From positions 137,261 through 201,260 of the IMG/VR virus record IMGVR_UViG_3300044645_002359: DNA of 64,000 nt; one strand, written 5' to 3'. The translations under genes and the position numbers were made by a program. The notes beneath the pieces were generated by a model. It was given only the letters and a program-made list of their open reading frames with translations. It made no database searches and was not told the DNA's origin. Shown in pieces: positions 56,300-64,000 of the stretch (its first letter is position 1; each line of letters starts with the position of its first letter).

Positions 56300-57271
56300 A
56301 TGGCTGTAATTACATTCAAAATCCTGCCCCAACTTGATGACAAGAACCGCGCTCGGCTTGAGTCGAAGAGTTATACAAGGGCATACACGGACATTCCGAA
56401 CAAAGCACTCCCTGAGACTTATCGCAACGGTTTGTCCACAGTCTTCAAGGTCCTAACCGGCGAAGACTTCGACCCTGAAGGGTCTACCTTCACCGTAAAG
56501 GCAGACGCCAACGGAACTTTCCAACGTTTGTATTCTCCTACAATCTTCTCAACTGAAGAAGGCGGTTTGGTGATCCGTTGGGGCGACCGCGACATCCCCC
56601 TCCTTGTAGCTCCCGGTAAAATCGGCGTAGCGAATGCACCGAAGGGCACCAAGTTCGCGTTCAAAGATGAGCAAATCGGTAAGTATACTGAGCCCGTTCT
56701 TTCTGTGTCTGCACAGGGAGAGGGAACTCTTTACACCCTGCCTATCACAATTCGCAAGAAGGAAATCAAGGAAGAACTTCCCGCCGACCTTCTTGAACTT
56801 CTGCTCGACGAAAACCCTGAAGCAATCGCTGAAAAGGTTTACGCCGCACCAGACATTACGAAGCGCGGTGAAAGCTCCGGTGGAGAGCGTCTGATCGGTC
56901 CTTTCCTAAAGGTCGCTAGCTTGCCCCTAGGTGAGTACACAATCACCAGCTACAGGGTCAAAGAAGGCGGAGCCTATGGAACCGACTACTTTCTCCAAGC
57001 GAAAGTGACTGAGCCTTTCGTGGCTCCAGTTCGCACTCAAGTTGACGGAGAATGGATTGACCAAGAAACCGAAATCTCTGACTGGGTTATCGTCAAGCCG
57101 AACGGGGCAATGAAAAAAATTCTCGCCGCCGAACCCTTGATTACTCCTGATGCCCCAGCAACTTTGAAAGTTAACGAGCACTATGAGTACAACGGCAACC
57201 CTGCGGCGAAAGTTACCTTGAAGTGTCCGAACTTCGTTCAAAATCCCGAGAGCTTCGACCTGGACTTTTGA
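56300..57271 (+). CDS. highly expressed replication-region protein, possibly ssDNA-binding
   Basis: C-ending codon bias like the capsid gene, beta-rich, acidic-aromatic tail ESFDLDF, adjacent to the helicase; function inferred. Confidence 0.45.
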   Translation: MAVITFKILPQLDDKNRARLESKSYTRAYTDIPNKALPETYRNGLSTVFKVLTGEDFDPEGSTFTVKADANGTFQRLYSPTIFSTEEGGLVIRWGDRDIPLLVAPGKIGVANAPKGTKFAFKDEQIGKYTEPVLSVSAQGEGTLYTLPITIRKKEIKEELPADLLELLLDENPEAIAEKVYAAPDITKRGESSGGERLIGPFLKVASLPLGEYTITSYRVKEGGAYGTDYFLQAKVTEPFVAPVRTQVDGEWIDQETEISDWVIVKPNGAMKKILAAEPLITPDAPATLKVNEHYEYNGNPAAKVTLKCPNFVQNPESFDLDF

Positions 57272-57305
57272 TAAGTCCCCTTAAGGTGAACTCTTAGACT
57301 TACAC

Positions 57306-57340
57306 GACCCTGGCATACCGCTGGGGTCTTTTGCTATACT
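57306..57340 (+). terminator. terminator overlapped by an extended -10 promoter
   Basis: GACCCTGG/CTGGGGTC stem (two G-U pairs) plus TTTT, then TGcTATACT (57332-57340). Confidence 0.6.
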
Positions 57341-57372
57341 ACATCGTCAAACCCTAAACAACAAGAGGCTAT

Positions 57373-59397
57373 ATGGCAGATCCCTTTTCTGGGGGACTCG
57401 GAAGTACGAAACAGGAAATTGGTATCCTAAACGAAGCCCGAGAAAGAAACAAAGCAACTTCCTTTCGCTCGAAGAAAGACGGAGAGGAAAAACAAGAAAA
57501 GAAGAAAAAAGCGCCAACGAGAGTATCAGAGCTTTACAATGCGGGTATTACCCTTCTGAAGGCGAAAGGTTTTACCGTAGAAATTGACGAAAATGGTGAC
57601 CACTGTTTACACAGAATATTGAAGCCCTCGCCTCCGCAAATGGTTCGAGGCATTCGTTATCCTGCAGACTTTAACCCCTTACAAGACATCTCTGTCTACG
57701 ATGACTTTGAGCGTGTAGAAACATGCTTTCATCCTGACTTGTGTCCAGACGAAGTGAGAACATTCTGGGAACCTTTATACAGCCCTAAGGCGGGAGATTC
57801 ACCTCTTCTTTCTTTCAGCGAAAGGTTATTGAAGATGAGAAAAGTTAACCAGAGTAAAAACCTTAGTGAAACTTTAGATTACGGTCATACTTTTGATCCT
57901 GCGGGTAGGTTCGGTGGGGAGCCAGTAATGAACCCTCGTGTGTGGGTGCCAGATAGAGAATGGTTTGACCCCGCTTTGCATAAAGTATCAATTAGAGACG
58001 TATTTACTATCTTCCCTGAAGCCGAGTGTGAGATGCTTAAGCTTATCATGGGCCGCATAGGGGTTGGTAGAACAGATCATCTTCCGCCAGGTAGAAAAGA
58101 CAAAGTAGATCACACTGCTCGTATGGCGGGAGTGATCGTGGGTAAAGATCCAGGATTAGGGAAGAGCACCATCTTCAATGGCATGACTGCTGCTTTCTCT
58201 AAGTGCGGTTTCATCACCCATTCTTTCAAGTCAACAGAAGACCGGTTCGGTCTAAAGAAAGTCGCGTTGAGCGACATCGCTTACAAAGATGATACGGCAC
58301 TCCCTTCCTTGAAAAAATTCTTGGCCGCAGAAGAAACAAAGATCCTGATCACCGGGGGTATCTTCACAGTTGAGGACAAGTTTCGAAACTCAGAGGAAGT
58401 TTGGCCAAAAACTGTACTTCTTCTAAATGCCAATGACTGGAATAGCAAATTCGCCTATGATTTGGATCCCGGAATCATTGATAGGATCAAGCTAATTAGT
58501 ACTTACAGAGAATATGAAGTTGCTAAAAATAGGGAAAACTTAGAAGGAACAGTTTGTGAGGGTACCCCTGACCTAAGACCCCGTGCCCACATTCCCTACT
58601 TGGCCAATAAACTTGGCGTTAGCAAAGATGCTTTATACTTGTGGTGCCTTCGTCTAGCAACGGATCGCTTCTGGGAAGTTATCCAAGACACCTCAGACCC
58701 AAGCATAAACAGACTTCAGGTGGAAGTTCGCTACTGGACCACACGTCAACGGATTCGCTTCAAGGCAGACGTTACTCAGGCTCTCGTGAACGCGATGGCG
58801 TTCGCTCACTCTGTGAGGACGCAATCAGAGTGGGATTTCATGCCTGAAATGACACCGGACGTTCTTTATGATTATCTACAATCTCTTTACTTCGTAGGAG
58901 TAGACCCCTCTTGCCAACACCTGACAGCTCGAATGAAGAGGGAGTGGGAGCTTGCAGGAAGAACTTCAACCCACTACTATCAAGGTTTCCGAGAGTTGAG
59001 ATGGGAGTCTGTTAAAAAGGCAATTTCTCTTGCTAAGGAAAGCCTGTTCGACGATACAACCGGGCTTCGAAAAGAAACCAAAGATAAAACCGCTCTTACA
59101 CTCATCCGAGAAATCATGGAGAAATTGGTGATGAGAGACGGCTTCAAGATTGGGGGCGAAGCGAACTACGTCATCGAGAATTGGAACAACTGCCGCCACG
59201 CGCAAGAAGAGCTTGTGGTTGAGGGCAGAAAGTTGGTCGGATTCATGGAAGATATCGACAAGGAAAGATTGCTCAACCCGAAAGCAGTATGTTTTGATGA
59301 TTGGCTTCTCGATAAGCACTATTCTCCTGACCGTGCAGAGAAGTTCCGAGACTCCGCTCGTAAAAAACTCTATGAAAGTAAGGGGGTAAAAGTATGA
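57373..59397 (+). CDS. SF3 (D5/NrS-1-like) DNA helicase
   Basis: IVGKDPGLGKS Walker A, IAYKDD Walker B, LLLNAN motif C, DRIKLI. Confidence 0.75.
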   Translation: MADPFSGGLGSTKQEIGILNEARERNKATSFRSKKDGEEKQEKKKKAPTRVSELYNAGITLLKAKGFTVEIDENGDHCLHRILKPSPPQMVRGIRYPADFNPLQDISVYDDFERVETCFHPDLCPDEVRTFWEPLYSPKAGDSPLLSFSERLLKMRKVNQSKNLSETLDYGHTFDPAGRFGGEPVMNPRVWVPDREWFDPALHKVSIRDVFTIFPEAECEMLKLIMGRIGVGRTDHLPPGRKDKVDHTARMAGVIVGKDPGLGKSTIFNGMTAAFSKCGFITHSFKSTEDRFGLKKVALSDIAYKDDTALPSLKKFLAAEETKILITGGIFTVEDKFRNSEEVWPKTVLLLNANDWNSKFAYDLDPGIIDRIKLISTYREYEVAKNRENLEGTVCEGTPDLRPRAHIPYLANKLGVSKDALYLWCLRLATDRFWEVIQDTSDPSINRLQVEVRYWTTRQRIRFKADVTQALVNAMAFAHSVRTQSEWDFMPEMTPDVLYDYLQSLYFVGVDPSCQHLTARMKREWELAGRTSTHYYQGFRELRWESVKKAISLAKESLFDDTTGLRKETKDKTALTLIREIMEKLVMRDGFKIGGEANYVIENWNNCRHAQEELVVEGRKLVGFMEDIDKERLLNPKAVCFDDWLLDKHYSPDRAEKFRDSARKKLYESKGVKV

Positions 59398-59774
59398 ACA
59401 TACAAACCCCAGAACAAATTCTCGTGGATTCATTTACTTACGAATGTCAAAAACAACTGCGACTCAAGGAACAACTTGAATCCGAAGGGTTTATTCTGGC
59501 AGATGATCCCGCTGGGTTATACGATATGATTGGAACAGTTCAAGAACTGAATTGTTTCTGTGAGTTATACACTCCTCGACTTCTTGTGAAAACTTTCGTG
59601 GAAGGAACCGAGCACATCGATTACGCTTTCCACTTAGTTTCTTTGTGGCAAATTGTAAAATTCGGCTACTTGATCCCGGAACCCGGACAATACTTTGCAA
59701 CAAGGTATATTATCGGTGTTCGCAAAGTTAGCGAAAATTCTTTCGTCCCCTCACTGCGTTTGCCCCTCAACTGA
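59394..59774 (+). CDS. hypothetical protein
   Basis: 126 aa, ATGA-coupled. Confidence 0.55.
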   Translation: MNIQTPEQILVDSFTYECQKQLRLKEQLESEGFILADDPAGLYDMIGTVQELNCFCELYTPRLLVKTFVEGTEHIDYAFHLVSLWQIVKFGYLIPEPGQYFATRYIIGVRKVSENSFVPSLRLPLN

Positions 59775-60229
59775 TGAACGGACTTTTCCAAAATCCGGAA
59801 GATTCACAGCCCGACCTGCCCACCCCGATTAATTCTCAGGGTGGGTATGGTAACGGGTCGGGTTCCTTTAGCTTGAAACGTTCTCTCAAGCGCAAAGTGA
59901 AATCTAGAGAAGACCTTTCTCAACCGAAAGAAAAAACCTTCGCGGAAGCTAACCCCCTTAGAACAACTTCCGGATCGGAAAATAACGCTGTCGACCGGTA
60001 CTTCGGTGCCTTCAGCATTGAGTCTAAGAGGCACGTTTGGGACCTTCTTAGCAAGCACCCTCAGTTCGGAGACGAAGGGGGTTTACGAAAAAACCGCATC
60101 CGCAATAATACAACGGAAGTGCTCCCCAACGATCCTTTCCGAAATGTCACGAACGGTGGCTATGTAGTTTACGAACATCCTGAACCAAATGGCACAAACT
60201 TACAAAGACCCTCACAGCTACCTGAATGA
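59774..60229 (+). CDS. hypothetical protein
   Basis: 151 aa, TGATG-coupled. Confidence 0.5.
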   Translation: MNGLFQNPEDSQPDLPTPINSQGGYGNGSGSFSLKRSLKRKVKSREDLSQPKEKTFAEANPLRTTSGSENNAVDRYFGAFSIESKRHVWDLLSKHPQFGDEGGLRKNRIRNNTTEVLPNDPFRNVTNGGYVVYEHPEPNGTNLQRPSQLPE

Positions 60230-60689
60230 AAGCCTTGTAAAAAGAGGGAAGTCCGGTCACCAAGAAGTTTATTTAACCCACGTTACGGTAGTTGCTGAAG
60301 CTGAAGCTGACTACGGTTATCGAGTTTCACCTCAAAAGTTCGACTTTTTCGCCCCTTTAGGTAATTATTACAATAGTCCAGAATGGTTGATTCTACTTGT
60401 ATCTCTGCGGTCACAGGGCACCGATACCCAAAGAACGATCACTTTTGATCAAACAACTTTTCAGTTCCTGCCAGAGGGCAGTCATCTGAGCCTAAACATT
60501 TTCTTTCCTGAAAGGAACGTAGAAACGTTTGACTACGACGTCCTTGCAGCTCAAGACATGCTAAGAGAAGTTGCAAAATTTGCTGGGAAAATCCCCACAA
60601 CCATCCGTTTCAACTTGGGGCTTGTAAAAAAGTCTTATGAAACCATGGTTGAAGATGGAGAGGTTGAAGAAGTAGAATTCAGCTTTTAA
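60189..60689 (+). CDS. hypothetical protein
   Basis: 166 aa ending EEVEFSF. Confidence 0.55.
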   Translation: MAQTYKDPHSYLNESLVKRGKSGHQEVYLTHVTVVAEAEADYGYRVSPQKFDFFAPLGNYYNSPEWLILLVSLRSQGTDTQRTITFDQTTFQFLPEGSHLSLNIFFPERNVETFDYDVLAAQDMLREVAKFAGKIPTTIRFNLGLVKKSYETMVEDGEVEEVEFSF

Positions 60690-60692
60690 CTC

Positions 60693-60927
60693 ATGCATAC
60701 ATACATGGCAATAAATACCGTGAGGGGGTAAGTTCTACATAGGTAGCACTCACAACTTCGAGAAGAAAACTGAAGATTGCAGTAGGGGAGGAGCTGCAGG
60801 ACTCAGGTCCCTTAATAGTCAAAGATGGAAGTGCACAGAAACAGGGCACGTCTCTAACCCTGGAAACTTAACCCGCTATCAGAGATCTAGGGGTATAGAT
60901 ACCTCAAATCGAATTAAAATTAACTAA
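60693..60927 (+). pseudogene. decayed GIY-YIG homing endonuclease
   Basis: MHTYMAINTV in one frame, then GKFYIGSTHNFEKK...SQRWKCTETGHVSNPGNLTRYQRSRGIDTSNRIKI* in the +1 frame; frameshift near G5 (60724-60728) and a large internal deletion. Confidence 0.7.
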
Positions 60928-60946
60928 AACTAACTACACAAGTAAA

Positions 60947-61276
60947 ATGAACGCAAACGACTATCAATCTAGTGCATTAAAAACAGCAATTTACCCTAAC
61001 CAAGGAAACAATTTTATTTACCCAATACTTGGATTAAGTGGTGAAGTAGGGGAAGTAGCTGAAAAACTGAAAAAAGTAATTAGAGACGAGGGGGGAGTTC
61101 TCACTGACTCGAGCCGAGATAAGATAGCTCTTGAGTTGTCCGATGTTTGCTGGTATTTAGCAGTTCTGGCTTACGAGTTAGACTACAGCTTAGAGGACAT
61201 TTTTCAAATGAACTTGGACAAACTTGCATCCCGTAAAGAGCGAGGCGTTATTCAAGGAAGCGGTGACAATCGCTAA
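60947..61276 (+). CDS. mazG: MazG-like nucleoside triphosphate pyrophosphohydrolase
   Basis: LGLSGEVGEVAEKLKKVIRD...ELSDVCWY...NLDKLASR..RG...GSGDNR. Confidence 0.88.
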   Translation: MNANDYQSSALKTAIYPNQGNNFIYPILGLSGEVGEVAEKLKKVIRDEGGVLTDSSRDKIALELSDVCWYLAVLAYELDYSLEDIFQMNLDKLASRKERGVIQGSGDNR

Positions 61277-61763
61277 TTTCTCCCTAACAAACGCACCCTT
61301 TCTTTCCGAATGGGACTTTAGATTCATTCGCCGAGCCCAAGAAATTTCCTCTTGGAGCAAAGACCCCAAAAGAAAGGTTGGATGCGTCTTGGTAAGAGGA
61401 AAGAGAGAAGTTTGCGAAGGGTTTAATGGGTTTCCTGAAGGGTTGTCCGACGAGCTGAAACGTTTGACAGACCCGGATTATAAGGGTAAAGTCATTATCC
61501 ACGCAGAAGCGAACGCGATAATAGATGCAACTCGAAGGGGAGTTACACTAGAAGGAACCACTGCTTATATTACTCGTCACCCTTGTTCACTCTGTGCAAG
61601 TATGCTCATACAAGCAGGAGTTGAAAAGATTATTTGCCCACCTCCTGCCTTACAAGGCTCGAAGTGGTCGGACAATTTCAGAACCTCTAGTGATCTTTTA
61701 CTAGAAGTAGGAGTTCCTGTTTATTACTTTAACGAAACCGATGAATCCCGACATCCCAACTGA
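61263..61763 (+). CDS. dCMP deaminase family protein
   Basis: SKDP..KVGCVLV, GFNGFP, HAEANAI, PCSLCA; GTG start at 61263. Confidence 0.9.
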   Translation: MTIANFSLTNAPFLSEWDFRFIRRAQEISSWSKDPKRKVGCVLVRGKREVCEGFNGFPEGLSDELKRLTDPDYKGKVIIHAEANAIIDATRRGVTLEGTTAYITRHPCSLCASMLIQAGVEKIICPPPALQGSKWSDNFRTSSDLLLEVGVPVYYFNETDESRHPN

Positions 61764-61995
61764 GTCCAACCAACCGGATGCAATCGCTTTGACTCTGACT
61801 CAAACTTTCGAGTTAGAAAAAATGCAAAGAGCTATTGACTCCTGCGATAATGCTTCTGAATTGAAAGCACTCGCTAAGCAGTTACTCTCCGCGTGGATGA
61901 CTCAGAAAGCAGCTTGTTTGTGGGTCATGCGTCAAAACAACGAAAGATTACCTTCCATGGCTCTACTGGAAGAATATCGAAATTTAGAAAAGTAG
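61741..61995 (+). CDS. nblA: NblA-like phycobilisome degradation protein
   Basis: LTLTQTFELEKMQRAID...KQLLSAWMTQKAA..W.MRQ resembles the NblA helix-loop-helix (L[ST]LEQ.F start). Confidence 0.5.
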   Translation: MNPDIPTESNQPDAIALTLTQTFELEKMQRAIDSCDNASELKALAKQLLSAWMTQKAACLWVMRQNNERLPSMALLEEYRNLEK

Positions 61996-62001
61996 GGGGA
62001 T

Positions 62002-62037
62002 GGGCGGTAAACCGCCCTGTATAGCCGGTAAACCGGC
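62002..62037. repeat. two adjacent palindromes with TAAA loops
   Basis: GGGCGG-TAAA-CCGCCC and GCCGG-TAAA-CCGGC. Confidence 0.85.
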
Positions 62038-62038
62038 C

Positions 62039-62067
62039 TTGTCTTTCGCCCTTAGAGACAGTATACT
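62039..62067 (+). promoter_or_regulatory. host sigma70-type promoter for the sigma factor gene
   Basis: TTGTCT-N17-TATACT, then AGGAG and ATG 62088. Confidence 0.7.
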
Positions 62068-62087
62068 TATAGGAGTTGACAAACACC

Positions 62088-62693
62088 ATGTACACCGACG
62101 AAACCTTTTACAACGCTGTGCGGGGCGATTCTCGCGCTGTAACAGAGACTCTGAGAAAGTTCACACCCCTTGTTCACAAGTTCGCCCATAAGTACAAATT
62201 TATGGTGCCCGACTACATGTATAATGACCTCGTACAGGTAGGTCTTGTGGACGGGGTTCTTAAGGCAATCAAAACTTTCGACTTAGACTACAGAGTCAAT
62301 GGTAAACCGATTCGTCCAATGACTTGGATTTACCCTAATGTTCGTGGCGCAGTCCAAGGGGCAGCTCGAAAAGAGAAGAAGAACCCGAAGTATGCTCTCT
62401 CTCTGGAACAATCTGATTGGTCTAACAACCTTGAAGATCCGAATGCTTACGAACTGAAAGAAGATTTTTCTAGCATTGACATTGCCGAACTTGTAAGGAA
62501 GGGTTGCGGGTCTCTGGACAGTAAGCGGGCACAAATCGTCTGTGACCGCTTCGGACTACTGGGCAGAAAGCCCATGCGCCAAGGCGAGGTGGCCCTGAAG
62601 TACGGTCTCACCAAGCAAGCAACCAACGGGCACATCGCACGTTTCACTAAGAAAGTGAGAGAGGCAGTTCCCGAACTACAAGACTTTATTTGA
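62088..62693 (+). CDS. phage RNA polymerase sigma factor (sigma70 family, regions 2 and 4)
   Basis: PLVHKFAHKY...DLVQVGL..G.LKAIKTFD...TWIYP.VR; DRFGL...PM.Q.EVA..YGLTKQ HTH. Confidence 0.88.
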   Translation: MYTDETFYNAVRGDSRAVTETLRKFTPLVHKFAHKYKFMVPDYMYNDLVQVGLVDGVLKAIKTFDLDYRVNGKPIRPMTWIYPNVRGAVQGAARKEKKNPKYALSLEQSDWSNNLEDPNAYELKEDFSSIDIAELVRKGCGSLDSKRAQIVCDRFGLLGRKPMRQGEVALKYGLTKQATNGHIARFTKKVREAVPELQDFI

Positions 62694-62700
62694 GGGACAT

Positions 62701-63048
62701 GTGGAACAAGAGAACAAAGTCATTGTAACCAAAGTCTTCGACCACGGCTGTTCAGTCTGTGACACGATGTCGCGGTTTGACAAGTCCGTGTTCGAGGGTT
62801 TCCCAGAGATTTCTTACCAGGAAATTTCTTTCGACAATCTAAGAGACTATGAGGGGAATCTAACGAAAACGAGAATCTATCAGTGTCTTGAACGGTACGC
62901 AGTTTCTCCAACGTATGAGATTGACTTTCCGACTTACCTGTTTCTAGGGAAAACTGGAAAATACCTTGGTTTCTTGCAAGGTGCTCTCACCTTGAAGGAG
63001 TTGAGAGACGGGGTAAAACAAATTTTAGAACAACGTTCTTCTGAATAA
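62701..63048 (+). CDS. thioredoxin-fold protein
   Basis: CSVC motif and FPTYLF cis-Pro loop. Confidence 0.7.
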   Translation: MEQENKVIVTKVFDHGCSVCDTMSRFDKSVFEGFPEISYQEISFDNLRDYEGNLTKTRIYQCLERYAVSPTYEIDFPTYLFLGKTGKYLGFLQGALTLKELRDGVKQILEQRSSE

Positions 63049-63064
63049 TCGAGGTCTGTATGCA

Positions 63065-63403
63065 TTGGAAAGTCTTGGTACTCACGCGCTAGTTCGCGTT
63101 TTCAATTCTGATTTTGATAAGTTGAATTGCATCAACCGACTTCGGGAAGCATTTGAATTCACGGTTCTAGAGCATGGGTTGGTTGCTCTTAGCGACCCTA
63201 TCCTTCACCAGTTTGACCCTCAAGGTTTGACTGGTATTATATTGCTCGCAGAAAGTCATCTTTCAATTCACACGTGGCCTGAAAAAGGTGAAGCCGCAAT
63301 TGATGTGTTCACCTGTGGAGGGCGTCCCTCGTCTGAGATTGCATCAACTTTTTGCAAGCACCTTGGGTGCCCCACTTACACCATTAAAGAGGTAGAGAGA
63401 TGA
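63065..63403 (+). CDS. speD: S-adenosylmethionine decarboxylase proenzyme
   Basis: G.H...HQF.PQG.TG..LLAESHLSIHTWPE.G.AAIDVFTCG. Confidence 0.92.
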   Translation: MESLGTHALVRVFNSDFDKLNCINRLREAFEFTVLEHGLVALSDPILHQFDPQGLTGIILLAESHLSIHTWPEKGEAAIDVFTCGGRPSSEIASTFCKHLGCPTYTIKEVER

Positions 63404-63576
63404 TTAAAACTGCGAAGCTGGTGAAGAGAGCACTGGAACAACCAGAGTTGTACAGCGAAGGGGAATTAAGATACTTCCGCCTTTGGTTGGACGAGAAGAA
63501 AAAGCAAAAGGAGAAAAAGAGGGCACTGAAACGACTGATGTTGGAGAAACAGTTCTTGGAATCGCCTGGAGGGTGA
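63400..63576 (+). CDS. small basic hypothetical protein (58 aa), absent from the ORF track
   Basis: MIKTAKLVKRALEQPELYSEGELRYFRLWLDEKKK...*, ATGA-coupled to speD. Confidence 0.6.
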   Translation: MIKTAKLVKRALEQPELYSEGELRYFRLWLDEKKKQKEKKRALKRLMLEKQFLESPGG

Positions 63577-63630
63577 ACCAAGTTTACGGCCCAGAAGCCG
63601 AGCTAGAATAAACCGTCAAACAACCGAAAA

Positions 63631-63834
63631 ATGACCGTAACCACCGAAGATAACAATCGCAACAACATCTACGCCAAAGAACCCGAAATGGTTCCCGTTG
63701 ATCCCGATTACAGGCCCATGGTAGCTTGGGACTCCGTCGGAGAGACTCTTAATGGCAGGATGGCCATGCTTGGGGTTATTGCCGCACTCGGCTCTTACGC
63801 CCTTACCGGCCAGATTATTCCTGGAGTTTGGTGA
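63631..63834 (+). CDS. hli: high-light inducible protein
   Basis: ETLNGRMAMLGVIAALGSYALTGQIIPG chlorophyll-binding helix. Confidence 0.93.
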   Translation: MTVTTEDNNRNNIYAKEPEMVPVDPDYRPMVAWDSVGETLNGRMAMLGVIAALGSYALTGQIIPGVW

Positions 63835-63878
63835 TTCCCTTTCAGTTAATTTTTCAATAAACAACAACGCTGTTCAAA

Positions 63879-64000
63879 ATGGCAAAAGCAAAGTCTCCAA
63901 CCGGTCAACGAGAACTCAAAATTGTAGAGAAAAAGACCTACCAAGGCAACTCAAAACGAACCAAGTTCTCTCCAACTTCGGCAAACTCTCCGAAGAAAAA
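63879..64000 (+). CDS. small basic protein, 3'-truncated
   Basis: MAKAKSPTGQRELKIVEKKTYQGNSKRTKFSPTSANSPKK runs off the window. Confidence 0.55.
   Translation, partial: MAKAKSPTGQRELKIVEKKTYQGNSKRTKFSPTSANSPKK

Noticed and set aside
60741-60904. RNase P RNA-like element: ATGGAAGTGCACAGAAA, a CAGGG/CCCTG stem and TGGAAAC resemble CR-II/P12/CR-III
   Set aside because: No CR-I or CR-V/P4 is present, and the same bases translate cleanly as the endonuclease tail QRWKCTETGHVSNPGN; the coding remnant explains them better
59380-63020. Extra GGGTAAA hits at about 59385, 61483 and 63011 as late promoters
   Set aside because: They lie inside coding sequence (GVK, KGK) or outside the 29-48 nt spacing; not supportable without TSS data
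1-64000. Short antisense and alternate-frame ORFs in the track (e.g. 41832-42593, 52727-53329, 58966-59433)
   Set aside because: They are shadows of long + strand genes with recognisable motifs, or of repeats and low-complexity tracts
1-64000. tRNA genes or stop-codon reassignment
   Set aside because: No T-arm/cloverleaf was spotted by eye, and genes are long and tightly packed under the standard code; tRNAscan-SE would be the decisive check

Overview
The window is a 64 kb segment of a tailed dsDNA cyanophage genome, almost entirely + strand. It appears to be a non-T4 myovirus-like phage: lambda gpE-type capsid end, gp19-like tube, baseplate-J, Mu gp36-like connector. The host is inferred to be a picocyanobacterium from hli and an nblA-like gene. 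Layout: capsid/tube/baseplate/connector genes (1-13.2 kb); terS plus two tandem terL paralogues and phoH (13.4-18.1 kb); a cluster of small late cassettes that look like internal head or ejected proteins, including an HNH nuclease and a protein kinase (18.1-28.3 kb); three very long fibre genes and a GC-richer tip module with a 7-blade propeller (28.3-44.0 kb); DNA metabolism genes (DEDDh exonuclease, thyX, 5'-3' exonuclease) interrupted by a tube-initiator/tape-measure/hub block (44-56 kb); then a putative SSB, SF3 helicase, a decayed GIY-YIG gene, mazG, dCMP deaminase, nblA-like, sigma factor, thioredoxin-like, speD and hli. Patterns seen by eye that family labels do not explain: (1) 17 copies of an RGGGTAWA box 29-48 nt upstream of late genes, a candidate promoter for the phage sigma factor; (2) a shared N-terminal G-[SDN]-F-[SD] motif and recurring [DN]-F-[AS]-[ED] junctions across the 18-28 kb proteins, a candidate capsid-targeting and maturation-cleavage code; (3) an identical 4-Cys module on the nuclease and the kinase; (4) a shared C-terminal E-x-hydrophobic-x-L-[DN]-F tail on DNA-acting proteins; (5) a duplicated, diverged terminase. 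No tRNA, rRNA, CRISPR array or reverse transcriptase was seen. All family assignments come from motif recognition by eye, not from database searches.
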